Assembly: GCA_964497485.1 (NCBI GenBank)
Contig: CAZCDW010000001.1
Coordinates: 14,791-78,790 of the forward strand
Direction of reading: 5' to 3'
Source: an uncultured Bifidobacterium sp.
Lineage (GTDB): Bacteria > Pseudomonadota > Gammaproteobacteria > Burkholderiales > Burkholderiaceae_D
DNA: 64,000 nt
Shown here: piece after piece, positions 56,323 to 64,000 of the stretch
How the letters are laid out: every line of letters starts with the position of its first letter
Position numbering within the stretch: position 1 is the stretch's first letter
Notes under the pieces: generated by a model
Databases searched by the model: none
What the model was told of the DNA's origin: nothing
What the model saw: only the letters and a program-made list of their open reading frames with translations
Translations under genes and position numbers: made by a program

Positions 56323-56360
56323 AAAAAAGAAACTGCCCCAGGCATAAACCCAGGGCAGTT
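56323..56360 (-). terminator. intrinsic terminator after major tail gene
   Basis: AACTGCCC/GGGCAGTT stem followed by TCTTTTTT. Confidence 0.75.
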
Positions 56361-56375
56361 CCACACTATTTAGTT

Positions 56376-57128
56376 TTAGAATGAACGGTCAACAATCTTT
56401 CCATAAGCACCGTTGTCGTCTGGAAGCAGACGGAATGATACTTCGAAAGCAGTTGCTGAGTCACGCTTTGCTGATACTGTTACTGAGTCGATTGAAACAG
56501 CACGGTAAGCAAGGTAAACACGCTCGTTCTGGTCAGCAGTTGTAGGAGTACCTCCAACATAGCCAGCAGAGTTGCCTAGACCTGGACCAACAGCGATGAT
56601 ACCACGTTCGATTGGGTAGTCACCAAGGTCACCTGAAGTTAGGTTCAGGAATGTGTTGGTTTCGGTTCCAGTGTTAACAACTGTTGCAGCGGTTAGACCA
56701 GCAGCACCAGTACCTGGAGCAGCGGTTAGACCAGCGAGTTTGCTTGTTTCTACTGCAGTGCCGTAGTTTAGTACACCAAAGTCCTGAGTCTTACCAGCAA
56801 TTGCTAGAAGAAGGTTCTCTAGAGTTGCCTCGGCAAGAGTTGTCTTAAGTGTTACCTTCATGCCCTGCTTGAAGATTTTAGCGGTGTCTAGTAGTTGGTC
56901 TACCATAACCTCACCAAAGTCTGGAGCGAAAGCGATTTCTAGACCGTTGTTGGTGTAACCAACGTTACGGAACTTGTCTGTGTGACGAAGTGATAGTGTC
57001 TCACGGTATGATTCACCATCGATGAAGGTTGGAACGGTTGCAGCGGTAAGTGTTGAAGTGTCGTTTGTTACGAACAAAGCAGCAGCACCTACGATAATGT
57101 TAGCGTTTGAGCCTCTTGTATATGCCAT
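56376..57128 (-). CDS. major tail protein
   Basis: NIIVGAA, VGYTNNGL, LAEATLENL, FRLLPD. Confidence 0.85.
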   Translation of the reverse strand: MAYTRGSNANIIVGAAALFVTNDTSTLTAATVPTFIDGESYRETLSLRHTDKFRNVGYTNNGLEIAFAPDFGEVMVDQLLDTAKIFKQGMKVTLKTTLAEATLENLLLAIAGKTQDFGVLNYGTAVETSKLAGLTAAPGTGAAGLTAATVVNTGTETNTFLNLTSGDLGDYPIERGIIAVGPGLGNSAGYVGGTPTTADQNERVYLAYRAVSIDSVTVSAKRDSATAFEVSFRLLPDDNGAYGKIVDRSF

Positions 57129-57201
57129 ATTTATTTCACCATCTTTCATTTATGGATTGTGAACGGTGTTTCCTCCCTATAAGTATAGCATACTTTTATA
57201 A

Positions 57202-57726
57202 CTACTCTAATTCCAGCATTGCGTAGTCATAGTAGATAATAATCTTGTTGCCACCATAGGTTCTGGCTGTACCAAAGTTAATAACATCTCTGGTCTCTTG
57301 AAGTTGAAATACTTTAAAATTAAAGAATCTAAAGTTTGGTTCAATTGTTTCTCCCTCAACAACAATTGAGCCTTTGCGTCTGCACCATTCGTTAAGTTCT
57401 TCCGCTGTCTCGTCTTCTCTATCCATAAGTCTATTAACCTTTTCAGTGATTTTAACCATGTTAATGATTGAGTTTTCGGCAGTTGCATAGAAATAGTAAA
57501 GCAGTTGTTCGCACTTAATGTGTGGGAATGGGCTTTTACGCATACGCATAAGCCTGTCGTATGTACACATTACCCCACCTGCTGGGAAAAACTCTGTAAC
57601 GTCATTTATGGTTGATGGGGTAGTTGGGAAGAATGGCACTGTCTCAAATCCAAGACCTTCAAGTTTTTCCTGTAGGTATGCATTTACCCATAAGACTGGC
57701 GTGTTTAGAATAGATGTTTTACTCAT
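57202..57726 (-). CDS. tail terminator-like protein
   Basis: synteny upstream of MTP. Confidence 0.6.
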   Translation of the reverse strand: MSKTSILNTPVLWVNAYLQEKLEGLGFETVPFFPTTPSTINDVTEFFPAGGVMCTYDRLMRMRKSPFPHIKCEQLLYYFYATAENSIINMVKITEKVNRLMDREDETAEELNEWCRRKGSIVVEGETIEPNFRFFNFKVFQLQETRDVINFGTARTYGGNKIIIYYDYAMLELE

Positions 57727-58403
57727 TACTCTATGATACCACCTTTCGTTGCCCACCGATAGCCAACTTTAAATCCTAACGGCTTTCCTTGTTTTGAACC
57801 TGCTAAAACATTATCCTTAAATGATTTTGCATTGTTGAGGTGAGATAATACCCCACTAGTCATCAAAAATGACTGTGTAAAATAACTGTCAAAGAATGTT
57901 TTGATTGTACTTTCAAAGCCACCCTCTACATCGTCTCCACCTGGATTAGAAACAACAATTGGCTTTTTGGTAAATACCTGTTCTCCATCTTGGTTAAAAG
58001 ATAGCACTGATGAATTTTTTGGTTTGATTACTACTGGGCTGCCATTTTCCATTATTGTTGCTTTATTATAAAAAGGAACTGTAGAGTTATTTGAAAGAGA
58101 TGTTGATTGAGAAAATGTGTAATTAAAAGAAAGACCACTATTTCCACGAACAAGATATTCAATATCAAATAGTCTTGCTTGTGGAGAACCAGTTTGATAC
58201 CATTCATAAACATGGTGCAATGTTTGTGGGTCTACCCTTGCGTTTGTATCGATAAAGTCTTTTAGCATTTCTATAATTTCTTTACCAAGATTATCCATGA
58301 TAACTGGTCTTGCTGCCTGTACCCCATCTAAGAATCCAACAGAGTATTGTGTCAAATTATTTAGGTCGCTAAAAAGATTTTTAAAGTTTATATCTACTTT
58401 CAC
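57726..58403 (-). CDS. neck / tail completion protein
   Basis: synteny; HHVYEW. Confidence 0.6.
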   Translation of the reverse strand: MKVDINFKNLFSDLNNLTQYSVGFLDGVQAARPVIMDNLGKEIIEMLKDFIDTNARVDPQTLHHVYEWYQTGSPQARLFDIEYLVRGNSGLSFNYTFSQSTSLSNNSTVPFYNKATIMENGSPVVIKPKNSSVLSFNQDGEQVFTKKPIVVSNPGGDDVEGGFESTIKTFFDSYFTQSFLMTSGVLSHLNNAKSFKDNVLAGSKQGKPLGFKVGYRWATKGGIIE

Positions 58404-58846
58404 AGGTCAACCGCCTGATTCTCTGAACGTCTAAGAATAACTTTATAGTATTCCACTTTTCCAAATGGACCAACAATTGGTGTAAGAGTTGCAACCTCAA
58501 ATAACGTTGAGTTGCCAGAACGTGGACCAGAACTTTCGTTATATATAAGTTGACCATCATTACCACGAATGTTTGTAACAATAATGTTTGTAATAGAGTA
58601 CGAAGAATCAGTACTTGATATTGTTGGGTTGTTTCTTAATCTACCAATAAGTGAATTGTCTATATTGATATTTGCTTCTGTGCCAACGTCTTGCTTAAAC
58701 TTACTACCGCCAACGTTGAAGAAACAGGCTACGGTTTTGTCTAAAACCCATTGCTTTTTAAGATTACCGTATGCCCCAGTTTCTACAATTGGATAGTAGA
58801 TATCAGCAAGTAGTGGGTAGGCAAAGTCGGTAGTTTCGCATATCAT
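58400..58846 (-). CDS. head closure / stopper protein
   Basis: synteny, beta-rich 148 aa. Confidence 0.6.
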   Translation of the reverse strand: MICETTDFAYPLLADIYYPIVETGAYGNLKKQWVLDKTVACFFNVGGSKFKQDVGTEANINIDNSLIGRLRNNPTISSTDSSYSITNIIVTNIRGNDGQLIYNESSGPRSGNSTLFEVATLTPIVGPFGKVEYYKVILRRSENQAVDL

Positions 58847-59991
58847 TATAGTATTGCTGGCTTGAATGTGCTGCCCTTATAGTTGCTAAGAATCTTATCA
58901 ACAAGCATGTTGCCAGTTCCCTCCAAAAATTGTGGGGCAAATTTAATGTCGAATTGGTCAGTGCTATACTGTGTTACAAAGCGTGTGTAGTAGTCGTTGC
59001 TTCCGCACTTTAGTTCTTCTACTAGAATTGTCGCTGCTCTTTCTACGTCTGGTGGAATTGTTTTGTAGCCAGCATCTAGAACAAATGTGTAGTCATATCC
59101 TTCTGGAAAGGCAACGTAGTTACTTACTGCACCAGAGTATAGTCCAAGGTCGCCAGATGCTCCAGGAATTCTTAGTGGTGTAGACTGGTTTCTGTTGTAT
59201 ACTCCATTTGCTTCTACTCTAGCGATTGCTGAGTTGTCCAGTAGAGTTTTGTACTCATACTCCCAAATTCTAAGCACGGTTCCTGGTGTGGTGATGTTTC
59301 CAGTAGTTGAGTTTGCGAAACTAAAACTTGTTGATGATGGAACTGCTGTTACAGAGAATGTTCCCTGATATCCAGTTGGGACAACTGTTGAAATTCTAAC
59401 AACATCTCCCACCTCAAAGCCATGTGCTGTGCTAGTTGTTAAGGTGACTGTACCTGATGAAATTGTTGGTGTCTGGTTGGCAATAGTCAGTGGAACATCT
59501 TCGCCATTATAAACAAGAACGTTGTTCTCATATACCTTTAATACTTTGTTAACATTGTGCCAGATTGGGAAGTAGTCTCCACCCTGACCTTCTTTAACAA
59601 CAACAAGTTTGTGATTGTAGAAATCTGCTGTACTATTTAGGTAATTATCCATAATTGACCTAGCAATGATTTCCCATTTTTTATATTCTTCAATTGATGC
59701 CGCAGTTGTTCCCAAAGTGTTTGGGTCTACATATGGTCTATAGACGCTTAGGTTGTCTTCTACAACAATTTCTCCAGTTGAATCAGTTACTTTAAACAAG
59801 AAGTCACGGTCAAACTGTACTTTTGAACGTGGAAGAATATATGATATCTGCTTGTTTGAGTCTGACGTAATTGTGGATGTTTCGAATGAGTGGTCCACCA
59901 AATCCTCAACATAAACAGAGTATGCCGTATTTGCATTTGGCACAGTCCATTTAGTTGTAATAGGATATGGTGGAACTCTCAATACTTCCAT
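58846..59991 (-). CDS. head-tail adaptor with inserted beta-barrel domain
   Basis: AGYKTIPPDVERA; HGFEVGDVVRIS insertion. Confidence 0.7.
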   Translation of the reverse strand: MEVLRVPPYPITTKWTVPNANTAYSVYVEDLVDHSFETSTITSDSNKQISYILPRSKVQFDRDFLFKVTDSTGEIVVEDNLSVYRPYVDPNTLGTTAASIEEYKKWEIIARSIMDNYLNSTADFYNHKLVVVKEGQGGDYFPIWHNVNKVLKVYENNVLVYNGEDVPLTIANQTPTISSGTVTLTTSTAHGFEVGDVVRISTVVPTGYQGTFSVTAVPSSTSFSFANSTTGNITTPGTVLRIWEYEYKTLLDNSAIARVEANGVYNRNQSTPLRIPGASGDLGLYSGAVSNYVAFPEGYDYTFVLDAGYKTIPPDVERAATILVEELKCGSNDYYTRFVTQYSTDQFDIKFAPQFLEGTGNMLVDKILSNYKGSTFKPAIL

Positions 59992-60384
59992 TTAGGCAAA
60001 TGCCTCCGCTACTTCTTGTGGAGTAGCAATGCGAACGCCACGCTGCTTTAGCCAGAAGTCTACATACTTCTTTGGAACGATGTTGTATCCAACATTGATT
60101 TTTCCAGGTCCGTCTGCATAAAGGTTTCTCTGCGAATATAGAGCAACTTTGCCAACTGGCATCTCTACTGTAGGCAGTTCCTGCTTCTTTGCTTTTTCAG
60201 CCTTTGTTGTTGTTGAACCCATTACGCCGTCCTCATTGAATCCCAATGTAGGAACGTCTTTTGTAGGCTCTGGTGCTACGATTACATCTTCCGCAATAAC
60301 CTCTGCTTTTGCTTCTGCAGGTGCTTCTACAACTGCTTCTTCAACAACAGGCTTTGGGGTAGGTGTCTTTTTTGTTTCAGCCAT
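59992..60384 (-). CDS. hypothetical virion-associated protein
   Basis: after MCP; RIATPQEVA; AAGGAGG SD. Confidence 0.65.
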   Translation of the reverse strand: MAETKKTPTPKPVVEEAVVEAPAEAKAEVIAEDVIVAPEPTKDVPTLGFNEDGVMGSTTTKAEKAKKQELPTVEMPVGKVALYSQRNLYADGPGKINVGYNIVPKKYVDFWLKQRGVRIATPQEVAEAFA

Positions 60385-60428
60385 GTTAAATCCTCCTTAG
60401 ATTTATTTTAATTATACCACAAATTAAT

Positions 60429-60460
60429 GAAAGGGGTAGGAACCGAAGTCCCTACCCCCT
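60429..60460 (-). terminator. intrinsic terminator after major capsid gene
   Basis: GGGGTAGG/CCTACCCC stem followed by TTTCATT. Confidence 0.7.
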
Positions 60461-60484
60461 CAAAGGGTGACGCATTACAGAATT

Positions 60485-61633
60485 TTAGGACTCTGTGCTT
60501 GCGTCTTGGAATGCAACTGCATCAAGTTCTTCCCAGGCAATACCGAAACGAACGAATACAGTGTATTCTACTGTGTCCTTCTTAGGAACGTAGAAACGGT
60601 TCACAGTGATGTCTCTCTGGAAGCCCCAAATACGGTTCTGTGGGAATGTTAGGTCAACAAATCCTGCAGGGTAGTAAGGAACTTCAAGAACAGGTACACC
60701 TAGTACACGAGTCTGACGTGCTCCACCGAAGGTCTGGTTTGCACCACCGATGAACTCGTTACGAGTGTTCTCGGTAGAACCAATGGTTGAGTAAACTGTA
60801 GCATTGTTCTTAACAATGTTAGCAAATGTGTCTGTACCAGCGTAGAACTTAAGTCCGTTTGTGATGGCACGGTATCTGCGAGGCATAGCCAAGATTAGTG
60901 CTTGTAGTTTATCAGTTGTCCAGTCGGTAATCGCTGAAGCGTTTACAACTTCGTGTGCACTTCCAAGGTTTGAACCAGCACCAGTGTTAGGGTTGGTCTT
61001 CTCCATGTTAATGAAGCCGTTCATGATGCTTAGGAATGAACCTGTTGAACCGTCACCGTTGATGGCGAGGTCTTCGATATCATTACCGAAAGCATTGGTC
61101 ATGAGACGTACTAGGTGGTCCTCTAGAGCAGCACCTTCGATGTTATCTTCAAGTGACTCTGCAGAAACTTCCCAGTCAAGACGAATCTTCTTAGTTGTTA
61201 GTTCTACCTTTGAGAAGGTAGCACCAGTGTTGGTGTAGGTTGAAACACCCTGGCTTGCAGCACGAATAACACGGTCTCCCACGTTAATCTTCTCAAGTTC
61301 CATTGTGTTTGCTCTCATTGTTACTCTACGTCCGTCCTGTGCAAGAGTGGTAGCGTCCCAAACATAGTCGATGAAACGACGTGCCTGTTCAGGGCGTAGG
61401 ATACCAGTACCTGGATAAGTTGGACTTGCAGTAGCAGATGGGTTTACACCATTTGCACCAGTGGTTACACCAAAGTTAGCGGTAGGGCTGTTGCCCAGGT
61501 AAGTACCGTGCTCTGAAAAAGCACCTGTACCACTTGATACGCTGTCTGCTGTACCGAAAGCACCTTCAGCGTTAGGGTAGTTTGAAACTGGACTAGCACC
61601 TGAAGGCATATTTTTGATAATTTCTTCTGACAT
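60485..61633 (-). CDS. major capsid protein (HK97 fold)
   Basis: GILRPEQARRFID, LEDNIEG, DIEDLAINGD. Confidence 0.9.
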   Translation of the reverse strand: MSEEIIKNMPSGASPVSNYPNAEGAFGTADSVSSGTGAFSEHGTYLGNSPTANFGVTTGANGVNPSATASPTYPGTGILRPEQARRFIDYVWDATTLAQDGRRVTMRANTMELEKINVGDRVIRAASQGVSTYTNTGATFSKVELTTKKIRLDWEVSAESLEDNIEGAALEDHLVRLMTNAFGNDIEDLAINGDGSTGSFLSIMNGFINMEKTNPNTGAGSNLGSAHEVVNASAITDWTTDKLQALILAMPRRYRAITNGLKFYAGTDTFANIVKNNATVYSTIGSTENTRNEFIGGANQTFGGARQTRVLGVPVLEVPYYPAGFVDLTFPQNRIWGFQRDITVNRFYVPKKDTVEYTVFVRFGIAWEELDAVAFQDASTES

Positions 61634-61657
61634 TTTATTTTTCACCTCCTGAGTGAG

Positions 61658-62896
61658 TTATTTTAGTAAATCGGATGTTGTGAGGAAACTTCCGCCCCAT
61701 ACTGATTTTTCCACCAGTACTGGTTCCTGAACGACCTCACCGAGGTCGCCAGACTTACGGAAAGCGGTATCTGCTTCTACTGCGTCAATACGCTTTCCAA
61801 GATTTGTGAAATCTGACTCTGCTTCTGCAACTGCTGTAGTTACATATCCGAGTGACTTCTTTAGGTCAGCAATCTCATTAACAAGAGCATCTTTTGCTTC
61901 TGCTAGTGACTTAACGATTGCTGCAATGTCGCTAAAGGCTGTTGTTACTGTTGAACCTAGTTCTGCAACTGCCTTAGCAATTACTTCCTCTGAACCTGAT
62001 TCTTCTACAACTTCTTCTACATGTGCTGGCTCGGCTACTGGAGCCTCTTCAACAACTTCTTCTGTAGCAGGAGCGTCAACAACTTCTGCCTCTGGAGCGA
62101 CATCTACTGATTCAACGTTTTCGTTTTCAGCCATGTTATCATTCTCCTTTTTAATAGTCTTAGAAGTATTAATGCCTTTAGCACTATCTACTAAGAACTT
62201 TACCATGTCAAGTTTATCAGCATCTGACTTCTCAACAAAACCTATGTTTTGCATACTTGCACCTGTTACAGGGCTAACTGCATTTTCTTCTTCTGAGATT
62301 GTTACCAATCCTGATTCTTTGTCCCAGAATACGTTTTCTAGAACTGTTTCTACACCCTCGCCAGTAATGGTGTCAACTCCATCTACCTTTTCAACAGATA
62401 GAATATTGGCAAACTGGTTTGCAGGGCTGTCAACTAGTGACAACTCAACCAGAGTATAGTCTTTAATAATGCGGATACTTGCATCCATCTTCTCGTCGTA
62501 GGCATCATCCCACTTGTTCATTTTACCGCCAATAGAGAATCCTGTGTAAGTTCCATCTAGAACCTTTTCCCATGCATCCTGAGCACCCTTTGAGACGTAT
62601 GCTGATACATAAATACCAGAATAAAACTTCTTGGTCTCTGGGTCAAAGTACTTGTCTTCCTTGAAGGCTACCATCTTACCAACAGCCTTTGGCTGGTGCA
62701 TTTCACGAATATTGCCACGGAACTTTGAGAATGCCTCTAACGAAGCCTCTGGGGTAACAATGTCATTCTGACGGTCAAGGTTATCTAGGGTAGCAAATCC
62801 AGAAACAATACGCTTCTCGGTGTCCACTTTTGTAAGTGGCATAGAGATGCGAACATTGTCGCCGTCTACGTCGAAGTGTGCTTTTTGAATACTCAT
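61658..62896 (-). CDS. prohead protease (XkdF/HK97-like) fused to scaffold
   Basis: IREMH, TGFSIGG, ELSLVDSPAN; acidic coiled-coil C-terminus. Confidence 0.88.
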   Translation of the reverse strand: MSIQKAHFDVDGDNVRISMPLTKVDTEKRIVSGFATLDNLDRQNDIVTPEASLEAFSKFRGNIREMHQPKAVGKMVAFKEDKYFDPETKKFYSGIYVSAYVSKGAQDAWEKVLDGTYTGFSIGGKMNKWDDAYDEKMDASIRIIKDYTLVELSLVDSPANQFANILSVEKVDGVDTITGEGVETVLENVFWDKESGLVTISEEENAVSPVTGASMQNIGFVEKSDADKLDMVKFLVDSAKGINTSKTIKKENDNMAENENVESVDVAPEAEVVDAPATEEVVEEAPVAEPAHVEEVVEESGSEEVIAKAVAELGSTVTTAFSDIAAIVKSLAEAKDALVNEIADLKKSLGYVTTAVAEAESDFTNLGKRIDAVEADTAFRKSGDLGEVVQEPVLVEKSVWGGSFLTTSDLLK

Positions 62897-62955
62897 ATAA
62901 CTAATTATAGCCCCTTTTTATTAAAGTGTTATCTAAATGTTATTATAACACAATT

Positions 62956-64000
62956 TTATGCGGAGCGTCTCCCCTCGCCTTTAGGATTTCTTCCAGCAGT
63001 GGTTGCAGGGTTGTCTGCCTGTGCTTGCTGACGTTCTGCATCACGAGTTCTGTCCTTGTTATCATTTGCATTTGCATCTGCTGCCTGACGTGGAGTTGGA
63101 GTAATCATTGCGTCTCCATCAGAACGTTCTGCAAGGTTTAGAATCTCACGAGCCTCGTTAGGAGACATAATCTGACCCTTGACGTAGTTAGTGATAATCT
63201 GTGACTGAGCAAGTTCATCTGTAAGAGTTAGTTCATTAAACTTCAATTCAAGAACGTCTGTCTTTTCACGGATAATCTTGTTCAAAATCTTTTCTAGATT
63301 ACGCTGTGCAGGACGTGCTACCTGCTCTTTAAATGTACGGTCTTGTGCTAAAGATGCTGCTAGTTGTGATGCATCGCTACCGCCAAGTTTTGATAGTGGA
63401 ACTTGGTGAGCGACGAGAATATCGTCACGAACTTGCTTGCGGTATTGAGAGAACGAACCTTCCTGAATTCCATTTTCGATAGGGTTCATAGCAAACTCTA
63501 CCTTGTTGTTGTCTGTATCTCCTGGAAGTGGAATGTATAGTGTTCTGTGTGACTGTCCTTTTAAACCTGTTTGCAAGAAGCGGAATAGTTTATCTTCTGC
63601 TTCTGGTGTAAGTTGAGCACCCTTTAGAGTTACGATATAACGTGGCACAGCCTTGTTGTTAAAGTAGTCAATGTTGTACTGTGAAGCCAGGGCATCTCCA
63701 AGAAGCGATGGCATAGCAGCCATAACATCTGGAACACCATAGAAAGTATTTAGTGGAGAGTATTCCTTAATGTGGATAATCTCATTTGGTCTTGGGTCGT
63801 CGGTAATGTAGTTTACATTCTTTGCCCCGAAGTTACGGAAGTAAACAACTTTGTTAGCAATAATCTGAACGTATCCGTCACGCAGACGGCGTACACGCAT
63901 GGTTGCTGCAGGGATGTGACCAATGTAGCCAATCTCTCCAGTTACAGTTCTTCCAACTTCGATGTAGCCATTTCCCATAGCGTGAACATCTGTGTAAACT
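62956..64000 (-). CDS. portal protein (5' truncated by window)
   Basis: GNGYIEV, EIIHIK, FYGVPD, SPNEARE. Confidence 0.92.
   Translation of the reverse strand, partial: VYTDVHAMGNGYIEVGRTVTGEIGYIGHIPAATMRVRRLRDGYVQIIANKVVYFRNFGAKNVNYITDDPRPNEIIHIKEYSPLNTFYGVPDVMAAMPSLLGDALASQYNIDYFNNKAVPRYIVTLKGAQLTPEAEDKLFRFLQTGLKGQSHRTLYIPLPGDTDNNKVEFAMNPIENGIQEGSFSQYRKQVRDDILVAHQVPLSKLGGSDASQLAASLAQDRTFKEQVARPAQRNLEKILNKIIREKTDVLELKFNELTLTDELAQSQIITNYVKGQIMSPNEAREILNLAERSDGDAMITPTPRQAADANANDNKDRTRDAERQQAQADNPATTAGRNPKGEGRRSA

Noticed and set aside
19928-63141. Numerous + strand ORFs antisense to structural and replication genes
   Set aside because: Shadow frames of biased codon usage, with no RBS or recognisable motifs
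1-64000. Prophage, integrase or IS elements
   Set aside because: No integrase, repressor cassette, transposase or host flanking genes were recognised in this window

Overview
64 kb of a large, low-GC tailed dsDNA phage (siphovirus layout) that most likely infects an actinobacterium: it carries WhiB, NrdH and many leaderless extended -10 promoters, and the gene set resembles freshwater actinophages (host is inference). Layout: (i) 1-3.9 kb, + strand small acidic early-type genes with a shared promoter/leader motif; (ii) 3.9-4.8 kb, non-coding region with phased bipartite repeats and a DnaA-box cluster, where transcription converges; (iii) 4.8-21.5 kb, mostly - strand accessory genes (PduO cobalamin adenosyltransferase, pyrimidine-dimer glycosylase, HAD phosphatase, three glycosyltransferases, FkbM methyltransferase, ThyX, GroES, Dps, WhiB, dCMP deaminase, M23 endolysin, three tRNAs, a D-armless tRNA-like element, a PA14 surface protein); (iv) 21.6-36.4 kb, terminase and replication/recombination genes (RuvC, Cas4-like nuclease, RecA, DnaE, SSB, primase, DnaB); (v) 36.4-64 kb, tail, neck, capsid, protease and portal. 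Best leads: a 3160-aa tape measure protein carrying kinase-like and HAD-phosphatase cassettes between repeated (F/Y)AxGG junctions; a D-armless tRNA-like fold that sequesters the SD of a glycosyltransferase; duplicated tail chaperone genes in place of the usual frameshift; and the repeat/DnaA-box locus. All calls come from motif recognition by eye; no searches were run.
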